From Isurus oxyrinchus (Eukaryota), in assembly GCA_026770705.1 (NCBI GenBank), contig JANJGN010000021.1, forward strand, positions 100,254,001 through 100,318,000: a stretch of 64,000 bases of DNA. Direction: 5' to 3'. The translations under genes were made by a program, and so were the position numbers. How positions within the stretch are numbered: position 1 is the first letter of the stretch; each line of letters opens with the position of its first letter. The notes beneath the pieces are model-generated. The model was not told the origin of the DNA, ran no database searches, and worked only from the letters and a program-made list of their open reading frames with translations. This document shows, in pieces, positions 1-10,999 of the stretch.

Positions 1-330
1 CACAAGACCAAATCTAGGATAGCCTGCTCCCTAGTTAGTTCCTCTACGTACTGGTCTAAAAAACCACCTCGTACAGAGTCCAGGAATTCACCCACTGTAG
101 TATTATTGCTAATTTGGTTTGCCTAATCTACAAGTAGATTAAAGCATGATTACTATAGCATCCTTGTCACATGCATGTAACAATTTCCTGGTAAAGTCCC
201 TTACTTTACCACTGCTATTTGGATGCCTATAGACAACTCCCACTAATGCTTTCTGTCCCTTGTTGCTTCTTAGCTCTACCAAGACTAATTCTACATTTAG
301 ATTTTCTGATCCAATGTCCTTTCTCACCAC
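1..330 (-). mobile_element. CR1 LINE fragment (APE endonuclease region of ORF2)
   Basis: ORF 139..330 reads VELRSNKGQKALVGVVYRHPNS, typical of the CR1 endonuclease; degenerate. Confidence 0.75.
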
Positions 331-331
331 T

Positions 332-490
332 GCACAGATTCAAACCCTTCAGATGTGATTTTGTGACAAAGCTTTCACACAGTCAGTATCTCTCCTGGTC
401 CGTCCATGTACTCACACAGGGGACAAATCCTATCAGTGCGAGTTCTGTAATAAAACCTTCGCACATTTGTCTGGATTTTCTGGAAACTTC
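332..490 (+). pseudogene. C2H2 zinc-finger gene remnant (last ~2 degenerate fingers)
   Basis: KPFRCD..CDKAF, HTGDKSYQCEFCNKTF motifs with frameshifts; similar to 5865-6012. Confidence 0.7.
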
Positions 491-1117
491 CATTTGGAAT
501 AATTGTACAGTCTTTGTGTCAGTAAAATGAGGCAGCTCTCAGGAGTGGGTATGGGGTAGAATTGGACCCTGCTTTAGTTGGTGATGTGAACTATAGACAG
601 ATCCACTTCAGGTGATGGGTGTTTGACTAATACCACAGGGAATGTTTGTACTCTCCTGTCTGGGAGGACTACTACCCTGAGTATGGTGAGAGAGTGGGTG
701 TGAATCTCTGAATTCCCTCAGCCCATCATACCGCAATGTAATAATGGTATGATATGTTCATCTTACTCTCTTCTAAGATTCATTTCATATTCTGGGAAAC
801 ATTTGAGTCACTTTCAAATGCTTTGTTATTTTGGTTGATTCAAAGTTTGATGGAGTCTGATTATTGTGTTGTTTGTCTACTGTTTTATCAATCTTCTATA
901 TAGATTTATAACTCACAATAAAATTACATTCTAGTTCAACTCAAACTACCTGATTTGTTAACATGGTGTGTCTCTATTCACTAAGACGTTCGGGAGCCTA
1001 CAGTAAGAGTCCTATACACAATATATTGGTCAGTTTCACTGTGGCTGGTTTACTTTCTCCATCAATGGGTTTATAATTTCCAATTCACAGGAAGTGTAAC
1101 ATTTACCAAATAAAAAA

Positions 1118-1335
1118 AACTTGCCTTCTTATATCAACTTCCAGAAACTCAGGGTGTCCATAAGCACTTTACAGCCAATAAAGTGTTTTTTGAAGTGTAG
1201 TCACTGTTGTAATGTAGGAAACATGGCAGGCACTTTGTGCATAGTAAGCTCTCACAAACAGCAATGTGATAATGATCAGATGATCTGTTTTTGTAATGTT
1301 GATTGCAGGATCCATATTGGCCTGGACATCAGGGC
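1118..1335 (-). mobile_element. DeuSINE (SacSINE1/AmnSINE1-like) fragment
   Basis: Minus strand has CATTATCACATTGCTGTTTGTGAGAGCTT...TTTCCTACATTACAACAGTGACTACACTTCAAAA, the Deu-domain and tail as recalled. Confidence 0.7.
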
Positions 1336-1860
1336 TTAAACTTGTTGTCTGAGCCACACGAATAATTCCTCAGGCTCTTTGATTAAACAGAGCTTGTCAA
1401 ACCCTTGGGCTTCATTTCAGTGACAGTGACATATTGTGCTCGATACGATACCAGGTTTCCATTCATTTACAGCCTGAGAACAGGGCGCACAGGGATGGGA
1501 TTGTTTGTCTCCTAACAATGATGTTCCGTTGTTGTACACATTTATAGCAACGGGAGGAGGCCTCGATCCTGATCCCAATTTAATTCCATGATGACTGACC
1601 TATATCTCAAATCCATTTTGATCCTGATCCCCTGATAAACCTCGGAACATGAGGAGGCCATTCAGCCCTCAAGCCTGTTCCACCACTCAATTAGTCTATG
1701 GCCGCTTTGTATATTAGCCCAATCCACCCCACTTATTTCCATGTTTCTTGATACCCTTCCTGACATAAATCGATTAATCCAATTTTAAATATTATCTTTT
1801 GACATTTCAAAGCAGTAACTGTATTTGGGGTGTTGGGTGAACTGAAGACAAGAGTTAAAG

Positions 1861-2764
1861 TGTTATAATGTGGCAGGTGATATGCGCCAGGCAGACGAAA
1901 CCTACAAGGGAAACTTGGCCATGCTCTCATAACGGTTTTGCAATTTGTGTTTATTGTGATAAGGTTTATGTACTGAATTCAGGAGAATTGAGTCCACTAA
2001 CACTTAGAGTGTTTAAAATTAAGTTAAAGCATTTATTAACAGAAGAGAAGAAAAAAAACAATAAATCCACATAAGATTACAGTTACATGATTATTTAGCA
2101 GTTCCCAAAATTCTTAATTGAACAGGCTCCCAACTACACACCCATTTTAATGCAACAGTCCAAAATAGATCTGAAATTATAAAATCAATCCAGAAAGGTT
2201 ACCACACAACAGTGAAATTCCAAGGGCTTTTAACACAACTTTAGTTACTGGACACAGCAGACTTCTGCTAAAGTGGGTGGAGGCTTTTCCCCAAGGACTG
2301 CTTCACATGTTTTCCCTTTCGATCTCACACGGCCACACTCCCTACATAGCCTTCCATCCTTCTTTATATGTTTTCTCTCTCTTCAATCTGTAAATTCCAT
2401 GGTTCTACAAGTCTTTGGAAATTCACTTTTTCCATAATATAAAATTCTTTCATGTTGTCAATATGGCCTCTTTTGGGAAAAATAAACATAATAACCTTGC
2501 CCTATTTAGTTGTTAGTTGGAAACATCCTACCAGCCCTTTGAAGCCTAAGCCCCTTTCCACTTATCTTAAAATGCAAATTTCCTTCACACCTTATCAGTG
2601 GAACCCTCATCCTAGCTTGTCCATCTTCATCTCAAAAGTCTGTTTTACACCTAACTCTTTTCATAATTTCAACCTTGCAGCCTTTCTGACTCGAATTTAA
2701 TAAAAACAGCCACACAGACATAAAACCGCAATAATATCATGAAAAATATTATATTTTTGTTACA
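1861..2764. mobile_element. Probable solo LTR (~904 bp)
   Basis: Starts TGTTATAA and ends TTGTTACA (TG...CA); 4-bp direct repeat AAAG at 1857-1860 and 2765-2768; non-coding. Confidence 0.55.
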
Positions 2765-2981
2765 AAAGGCCTGGAAAGTAAAGGTGATATTGTTCCCCGA
2801 GTGTTGGGATGGTCCACAGCTTGGGAGAAACATTGCATTGGTTTGTGTCAGTGGGAAGCCAGTGACAGAGTGAGAAGGGAGCTGAACAGGAACTGCCCAG
2901 ATTGGTTGAGAAGTTAAACAGAAAGTTCCCCAACTATTTAGAAAACAAGTTTGATCTTTTTTCCTGGACCAAACTGAACTC

Positions 2982-3054
2982 CACCCCAGATGGGACTTGA
3001 ACCTACAATCCCTGGCTTAGGAGGCCAGTGTCTTATCCATTAGGCCACTGGGGC
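2982..3054 (-). tRNA. tRNA-Arg(CCT), likely pseudogene
   Basis: Minus strand GCCCCAGTGGCCTAATGGATAAGACACTGGCCTCCTAAGCCAGGGATTGTAGGTTCAAGTCCCATCTGGGGTG, 73 nt, anticodon CCT; mismatches in D stem (C11-A24) and T stem (A51-C63); no T4 terminator directly downstream. Confidence 0.85.
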
Positions 3055-3269
3055 TGGACAAGATGAGGTTTGATGATTGTAACTTTGACCCTTTGTCTTG
3101 ATGTAATCACTGCCAAATTTGATGCCTTTTTGTGGGCCAACCCTTTCTTTTCATCCACAACCAGATTGGATCAATTCCAAACATACCAGTAATGAGCTGA
3201 CAGGATCGGGATTTGCTTTTTGTGTGTCAGTAATTAATGATGGCGAAGTATAGATTGTATGTGAGAAGC

Positions 3270-4490
3270 AATTGTCTTTCCAGAAGTTTCCTTGCTTGTC
3301 CTGACTCCAATTTCCCCAACCCAGATTCCCGGCCACCTCCTTGACCTCGCTGTCTCACCTGGTCTCACTACTCTCATCGTATCAATCACAGAGAATTCCA
3401 TCTCTGATCACTTCCATGTGTTACTCAGCACCCACATCCCCCTCCCACATTTCAGCTCTACCTCTTTTATCCTTCCCTGGAAAAAATGATTCCCCAATTC
3501 ATTAACAACTGCACTCTCCAAATCCCAACTGTCTCAGCCTTTAGGCCTCCATTCTTCACAACATTTCTGCAGCTCCTGACTACTCAACCCCACCCTCACC
3601 TCACCTGAGATGCTCGCGTCCCCAATAAAACTATTCCCTCTCTCACCCTGGCCCTTTCCCTGGGTATAGACTTCATATCCACTCCCTTAAGTCCAAGAGA
3701 CACAGACTTGAAAAGTTATGGTGGACAACTGGTTAACCATCCACTGCCAGTGGACATCCAGGGACAGTTTAGATGGAGCTTGACTCTGTATCTAACCCGT
3801 GCTGTACCTTCTCTGTGAGTGTTTGATGGGACAGAGTCAATGTGGCGAAGTTATTCTATCCCCATTTTAAATGTGGAGAAGTTATTCCTTCAAGTTCATA
3901 TCCCAGTGTTTTTTAAATGTGTTGAGGGTTTCTGCCTCTATCACCCTTTCAGTGAGTTCCAGACCCTCACCACCCTCTGGGTGAAAAAATTACTCCTCAA
4001 AACCTCTATAATCCTTTCATCATTTACTTTAAATCTCTGCTCCCTGGTTAAAGACCTCTCTGCTCAGGGGAATAAGATTGAAACAATCCCATCTCTGCCA
4101 CTTCCCTCCCTTTCACTCGCCCGCCTGGACAAACTTCCATTAATGCTCCCTCCTGCCCTGGCCCTCAACTCAGATCTTTCTTTCATTTCTCTCCTATCTC
4201 CATTCATCCCCTCTCTGAGCTCATCTTGTCCGTGAGACCCACCTCCTGTTCCCTCGACCCTATTCTCGCTAAACTGCTGATCACCAACTTCCCCTCCTGG
4301 TCCCCATGTTAGTCGATATTGTTCATGGTTCTCTCTCTTCAGATGTTGTCCCTCCCTCCTTTAAATCTGCTGTTATCATCCCCTCCTCAAAAAAAAAACA
4401 ACCCTTGTGCCCTCCACCCTTGCAATCTATCGTCCAATCTCCAACCACCCTTTCCTCTCCAAAGTCCTTGAACATGTTTTCATCTCCAAA
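3270..4490 (+). mobile_element. Old L2/CR1-group LINE fragments (mosaic)
   Basis: GHLLDLAVS...ISDHF endonuclease C-terminus and VPPSFKSAVIIP..KK pre-RT motif; a minus-strand CR1 3' fragment lies near 3900-4075. Confidence 0.55.
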
Positions 4491-4849
4491 ATCCTGGGAA
4501 GGGAAATGGGGTCAGCCAACAGGTGAGAGGCAGAGCAAGGGGTCAGGCAGGGTGGGGTGGCATCAGGTGATGGGCAAGTGGCCTCAAGAGAGGTCTGACA
4601 AGGACTGAGAAATCACTCCCCATTGTCATTCCCTCAGTCACAGAGTCAATCCCTGAGTACCAGTCCCTCCAAGCACAGGGCATGGCCCAAACACCAAAAC
4701 ACTCGCTGAGCCTTCTCTCCTGTGCACGTGCTGATCCCACCACTACACATCATCGCTGCCTTGGATGCTGTGGGTCATCCTCTTTTGATCTGCCATCAAC
4801 ACTTCTCAGGCTACATATCCCACCCTGATGTCAGTTTGAAAGCCTCCAA

Positions 4850-6030
4850 GGATAAAGGCTGTTCAAGTGTGAGGTATGGGGAGGGATCCATAGGCTCATA
4901 GGATCTCCTAACACACAAGGTGCATCTCTTTTACAACTGTTCACACAAGGGTAGCTTCATGGAAGAGAAACCATTCAAGTGTGAGCTGTGTGATCGAGCT
5001 TTCGCACAGTCATCAACACTCATGAATCCCCTACGCATTCACAGAAGGGAGAAGCCATTCAAGTGTGAGGTGTGTAACCAGGGCTTTGCACAATTATTGG
5101 GTCTGGTGAATCACCGGCCCGTTCACACAAGGGAAAAACCGTTCATGTGTGAGCTGTGTGACAAATCCTTCTCACAGTCATCGATCCTCTGCAAACACCA
5201 ATGCATTCACACAGGGGAGAAACCATTCAGATGCAAAGTGTGTATCAAATCATTCTCTGATTCACTGACCCTCCGCAAGCACCAACGCATTCACACAGGG
5301 CAGAAACTGTTCATGTGTGAGGTGTGTGACAAGTCATTCTCATCATCATCAGATCTCCGCGTACACCAACACATTCACACCGGAGAGAAACCATTCAAGT
5401 GTGAGGTGTGTGACAAATCATTCTCGCAGTCAGGGAACCTCCGCACACACCACCGCACCCACACGGGAGAAACTGTTCAAATGCAAGGTGTGTGACAAAT
5501 CATTCTCTGACTCAACAAGACTCCTGCTTCATCAGAGGATTCACACAGGGGAGAAATCATTCATGTACAATGTGTGTGATAAATCATTCTCGGTGTCATC
5601 ACGCCTCCGTGTACATCACCGCACTCACACTGGGGAGAAACCATTCACGTGCAATATGTGCAACAAATCATTTTCGAGGTCATGCAACCTCCGCGTCCAT
5701 CAAAGAATCCATACAAAGGGAGTAACCCTTGACGTATAAGGTTTGTGATGAAGCTTTCATGCCATCTTTGACCATCCAGGACACACAAGGGAGAAACTCT
5801 TTAGGTGCAATGTTTGTGACAAGGCTCTTCTGATTGCATGAAGCACAAGTGGATTCACACTGGTGAGAAACCATTCAGGTCTGAGGTGTGTGACAAGACT
5901 TTCACACAGTCTGTGTATCTCCTGGTCCATCAACGCACTCAGACAGGGAGAAACCCTATCGGTGAGAGTCCTGTAATAAAGCCTTCACAGCTGTTTGACC
6001 TCCTGGAACATCTGTGAACCTACACAGGGG
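4850..6030 (+). pseudogene. C2H2 (Kruppel-type) zinc-finger array, frameshifted
   Basis: Six fingers in ORF 4920..5495 and three in ORF 5317..5739 with TGEKPF linkers; frameshift (2-nt loss) at ~5464-5470; H>P and C>Y ligand losses; further fingers with stops after 5739. Confidence 0.85.
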
Positions 6031-6059
6031 CTACCAAATAAAGTTATTCCCAATTTGAA

Positions 6060-7180
6060 GTCAGAGAGTGAATCTCTACACAATCTCACTGCAATGGGTA
6101 AAAACAAAAAAACTGCGGATGCTGGAAATCCAAAACAAAAACAAAAACAGAATTACCTGGAAAAACTCAGCAGGTCTGGCAGCATCGGCGGAGAAGAAAA
6201 GAGTTGACGAAGAAAAGAAAGAGGACTCGAAACGTCAACTCTTTTCTTCTCCGCCGACGCTGCCAGACCTGCTGAGTTTTTCCAGGTAATTCTGTTTTTG
6301 TTTTTGTTCACTGCAATCGGTGTTCAGTGATATTGGGGCACAGAACAAGGAGCAGCTTTCACTCACATCAAACAACTAGTGACAACAACCCCAGTGCTGA
6401 AGTATGATGATGTCATTGATGAAGTTGCCCTGCAATGAGATGCCAGTGAAACAGGACTTGAAGCAACCCTCACACAGCAAGGACAATTAGTGTTTGTATC
6501 CAGAGCATTAACAGAAACTGAAGGACACAGCCTGGCTATTGTCTTTGCTGCTGAGCATTTCAACCAGTACCTGTTTGGGGGAGAGAAAATTATGGTAGAT
6601 TTTGAGTACAAGCTACTTCAAAGCATCTTTCTCAAACTGTTTCTGTCTGCTCCAAAGTGTTTACAAAGGTTGTTACTTTGTTTGCAGAGATAACATTTAA
6701 AATGAAGTACAAGCAAGGGAAGCAGATGAACATCACCGGCATGCTGTCAACAGCTGCACTCTCTTTGATGGAGGTTGATGATGCTGGTACAGAGTGTGAA
6801 ATCTTCCAGATTCAACTAGAAGCAACAGCACGACATGCTCTGGAAGTCATCAACCCAGCAGAGACACTGAACCTAACAGACAAGAGTCTTGCTCAGATCA
6901 AGAAAACTACACAACGAGATACAACTCTTCAAATGTTACAGGAAGTTGTGATGAAAGGATGGCCTGAAACCATCAAGGACACACCTGATGCTGTAAGAGA
7001 GAATTGGGCAGAAAGAGATGAAGTATCACCCAAGATGGCATTTTATACAAAGGGACTTGGGTCATTATCCTTAAAGAGTTGAAAAAAGTCTGAGGAAGGC
7101 AAGAGAAGTGCTCTGCTGGCCAAACATGAACAATGAGATTAAGGACTACATCAGCCAGTGCAGTATTTGTAATGGACATC
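6060..7180 (+). mobile_element. Ty3/Gypsy pol fragment (RNase H to start of integrase), degenerate
   Basis: DASETGL..., FVSRALTETE..SLAIVFAAEHFNQYLFG, LQRLLLCLQ, LQEVVMKGWP motifs; interrupted at 6100-6307. Confidence 0.8.
6100..6307. mobile_element. Penelope-like terminal-repeat insertion forming a foldback
   Basis: 76-bp inverted arms at 6134-6209 and 6233-6308 (1 mismatch); flanking duplication TCACTGCAATgGGT / TCACTGCAATcGGT. Confidence 0.75.
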
Positions 7181-7348
7181 ACCAATTCAACACAATAATA
7201 ATGAATAAATTCAACACAAAAATAACTTCAAGACATTTATGGTAGAAAGAGTGGAGATATTTGATATAGTGATCAATGGGAGGGTTAAACCTCTGGTTCG
7301 GACGAATTGCTTCTACACATACTTTTTTAAAAAAGGCAGGGAAGAGAT

Positions 7349-7961
7349 GCAAGCAGTGACAGGAGCAGATAATCAAAAGATGTCACAAACAAAAGAATAA
7401 AAGAACACAGAGGTGTTGAAGGTAGTGATATTATCTAAACGAATATGCTAATTAAGAATGGATGGTGGGTCACTCAAGGTACAGCTCTAGTGGGGGTGGG
7501 GTGGAAAGTCTAGCGGGGCATAAAAGATTTAACCTATTTTTAAATCTTTTATGCCCCGCTAGTCTTTCCACCCTACCCCCACTAGAGCTATACCTTGAGT
7601 GCCCTACCATCCATTCTTAATTAGCACATTCGTTTAGATAATATCACTACCTTCAACACCTCTGTGTTCTTTTGTTCTTTTGTCTGTGACATCTTTTGAT
7701 TATCTGCTCCTATCACTGCTTGCTTGTCCCTACAACCACACCACACCCCCCAACCTCTCTCTCCACACCCCCCCCCCCCCCACCTTAAACCAGCTTATAT
7801 TTCACCCCTCTCCTTATATTCGCTCAGTTCTGTGGAAGGGTCATGAGGATTCGAAACATCAATTCTTTTCTTCTCCGCCGATGCTGCCAGACCTGCTGAG
7901 TTTTTCCAGATAATTCTGTTTTTGTTTTAGATTTCCAGCATCCGCAGTTTTTTGTTTTTAT
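7349..7961 (+). mobile_element. Penelope-like terminal repeat with an inverted duplication
   Basis: 184-bp inverted arms at 7349-7532 and 7540-7723; TSD CAGGGAAGAGAT at 7337-7348 and 7962-7973; hammerhead-like core at 7826-7864. Confidence 0.75.
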
Positions 7962-8049
7962 CAGGGAAGAGATATTTGTTCATTAATAATCACCAGAACG
8001 GGGAATAGGGACAGTCAGCAAATGTTTCTTGTGTATTTAAAACTGAAGA

Positions 8050-9135
8050 TAGAACAAGTCCAGGGAACTGTAGAACAGATAACATAACGCTAGTGGCAGG
8101 AACTCCTTGTGAAAGATTTATTGGAAAACAAAACATTCAGAAAAGCATAATATAATAGAGATAAAAACAAAAACAGAATTACCTGGAAAAACTCAGCAGG
8201 TCTGGCAGCATCGGCGGAGAAGAAAAGAGTTGACGTTTCGAGTCCTCATGACCCTTCGACAGAACTATAATATAATAGAAATATAATAGAAATATAATAG
8301 AGGCTGGCCAGCACATTGCAAAAGGAAGATTATACTTGACCAAACTTATTGGACTCTTTGAATAACTTTCAGAAAGATTCGATTAGACAAATAGAGCAAA
8401 TTTATTAGACATTCATTTCTGAAGGATTTCAATAGGGTGGCGTATAACATGACTAATCTTAGAACAAGTGGCTTTAGGAGCCCAACAGCAGAATGGACTG
8501 CAAGATGGCTACAAAAATCTAAAAGCAGGGATTAGGGATTAAAGGTATTTACTCAGACTGGTGGAAGGTGAGAAGTGGTGTTTCACAAGGATCATCGCTG
8601 TTATTCACCATTTATATAAAGAATGTGGATTCAGAAAGTAGAAACACAATTACAAAATTTACAGACATCCCAACTGAGTGTACAGCTAATCCAGAGGGAA
8701 AATGGAACAAGGCTCCTAAAGACACTGATAACAATTAATAAAATAGCACAATAGTCATTTAAATGGTAAATCAATTTCAATGTAGCTAAGTGTGAGGTGC
8801 TGCATTTTGATCAGAAGAATAAGCTTTCAAAATGCTCCTTGGAACGTAGCAGTCTGAATGGGCCAGGGAGACAAAGGGGTTAAGCGTACAGGTGCACAAA
8901 TCATTTAAAGACAGATTAACAGGGCCATAAAATGTAAATGAAGAACTGGAGTTCATTTCTGAAGAATAGAATGGGGGAGGGTAGAAACAAAGAGCTGATA
9001 TTAAACTAATATAGAACTTTGATTATGCAATACTTAGTGTACTGTGTACAGTTCTTGTCTCCACATTTCAAAAGGGATATTGATTGTACTGGATAAGGTG
9101 CAAGTATTTCATCCAGAATTTTACCAGAACTGAAA
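8050..9135 (+). mobile_element. Old CR1 RT fragment
   Basis: Degenerate PGNxR, SGVSQGS and QFNVAKCEVLHF motifs; contains a Penelope-like insertion at 8160-8266. Confidence 0.65.
8228..8266 (-). ncRNA. Minimal type-I hammerhead ribozyme-like motif in a Penelope-like repeat
   Basis: AGTT-CTGTCGA-A-GGGTC-ATGAG-GACTC-GAAAC-GTC-AACT: stem I AGTT/AACT, stem II, GAAA core, palindromic ACGT stem III; core position 6 is U rather than A. Confidence 0.6.
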
Positions 9136-9629
9136 AAGTGCTCTAATTATTTCATCATTGGCTGTGTACTAATGTTTTATTTGCTGCCCTTGTTCCAATC
9201 CCTGTGCTGTGAAAGCCGAACACATATGTCCCTTAGAGGTGTCTCTCTCTTCCCAGGGACACACCTCACTGAGTCAAGGGCAATACATGTGCTGAGCCTC
9301 TGAATCATAGATAAGAACTGTGGAATCTATCAAATTTCAATTGGTTAAAGAATTGAGGATTCAATAATCACAGCCCAATATTAATTCCTTTTTTTTAAAA
9401 TCAAAGACAGAATATGAAATTCAACATTCATGATCCCCAAATTCCCACTGTGTGGGGGAAGGGGATTGATCAACACCGGAAAGTGGTTACAGTAACTATG
9501 CTGAGAATATGAAACATTATACAGAGGATTTGAATACAATAACACTGCTGCCCTACTGTTCACCAGCCAGTAAATAATTAACATCTGTTTCTGTTGGTGC
9601 AGTTCAGAATGAAACAGAGCAATGTCAAT

Positions 9630-10062
9630 ATCACAGAATCACAGAATCTCACAGTGCAGAAGAGGCCCATTGGCCCATCGAGTCTGCACCAACATGTGAG
9701 AAACACCTGACCTACCTACCTAATCCCATTTACCAGCACTTGGCCCATAGCCTTGAATGTCATGGCTTGCCAAGTGCTCATCCAGATACTTTTTAAAGGA
9801 TGTGAGGCAACCTGCCTCCACCACCCTCCTAGGCAGTGCATTCCAGACCATCACCACCATCTGGGTAAAAAGGTTTTTCCTCACATCCCCCCTAAACCTC
9901 CTGCCTCTCACCTTGAACTTATGTCCCCTCGTGACTGATCCTTCAACTAAGGGGAACAGCTGCCCCCTATCCACCCTGTCCATGCCGCTTATAATCTTGT
10001 ACACCTCGATCAGGTGGCCCCTCAGTCTTCCCTGCTCCAACGAAAACCACCCAAGTCTATCT
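9630..10062 (-). mobile_element. CR1 3' end
   Basis: LRGHLIEVYKI...TRGHKFKV...FTQMVVMVWNALP; ends in a (CACAGAAT)-like tail repeat. Confidence 0.85.
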
Positions 10063-10594
10063 ATGTTCTATTTTATACAATTACTGCCAAATATCATCCA
10101 ACAGGACAACTTCTCGCCAGTCTCCACCAATTACATCTTTAAAACATAGGGACAGCTCCATGGAATGGAGAGATCAGTCACCTGAAACAGCAATTTCCAA
10201 ACAGAACCAACTTGTTCTGCTCCAGTTTATGACCCACGCTCAGTATAATTCTACAGTGACAGACACTCCCAGTGATACAGGGTCACTGGGATCAGGTGTT
10301 TCACTCCAGCTAGTGACCCACACTCAGTTCAGTTCTACAGTGACAGATACTGGCAGTAATACCTTCCCGCTGATGTCTGATTCTGCTGTACATATTATTC
10401 CAAGGGCAATAATTCAAGGAGCCTGTGAGTTACAAACAGGTGTATTTTCAGTTGAGGTAATAGATTGAAATAACAGAGCTAATTCAGGAAATTTGACTTA
10501 ACCAAATGATACCACTGACCAGGGTCTGAATAGCAGTCACTGCTAGGTCAGTATGTAATATTATCAGCCACTGAGTAAAATCAGAGACCAGCTC

Positions 10595-10734
10595 NNNNNN
10601 NNNNNNNNNNNNNNNNNNNNNNNNNNNNNNNNNNNNNNNNNNNNNNNNNNNNNNNNNNNNNNNNNNNNNNNNNNNNNNNNNNNNNNNNNNNNNNNNNNNN
10701 NNNNNNNNNNNNNNNNNNNNNNNNNNNNNNNNNN
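10595..10734. other. Assembly gap (140 N)
   Basis: Run of N. Confidence 0.99.
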
Positions 10735-10749
10735 GTCATAGTCACTTAC

Positions 10750-10822
10750 CAGGAATACCAACGGCAGCGAGAGAAATAATATATTTTCCTGATACTGTGA
10801 AACATTTCCATATTTTCTGCAT
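10750..10822 (-). pseudogene. First exon of a GPR139-like GPCR (shark-expanded family), probably frameshifted
   Basis: From ATG 10811: MEMFHSIRKIYYF, then LAAVGIP-G|GTAAGT in another frame (phase-1 donor); matches the recalled KIYYxxLAAVGIP|V pattern; exon 2 not seen and may lie in the gap. Confidence 0.5.
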
Positions 10823-10999
10823 GAAGCGAACTGTCTCTCCCTGCTGCAGGCAATATCTCTGAATTAAAGGGAATACATCCTCCAAACGCTTAATTTATAT
10901 ACTGTGAAAATCTCTATGGGGACATTGAGGTTGCAACATGATACAAATTGTTCTTATTTTAAATTGAACAAACAAATTACAACATCAGAATGAAGTACA

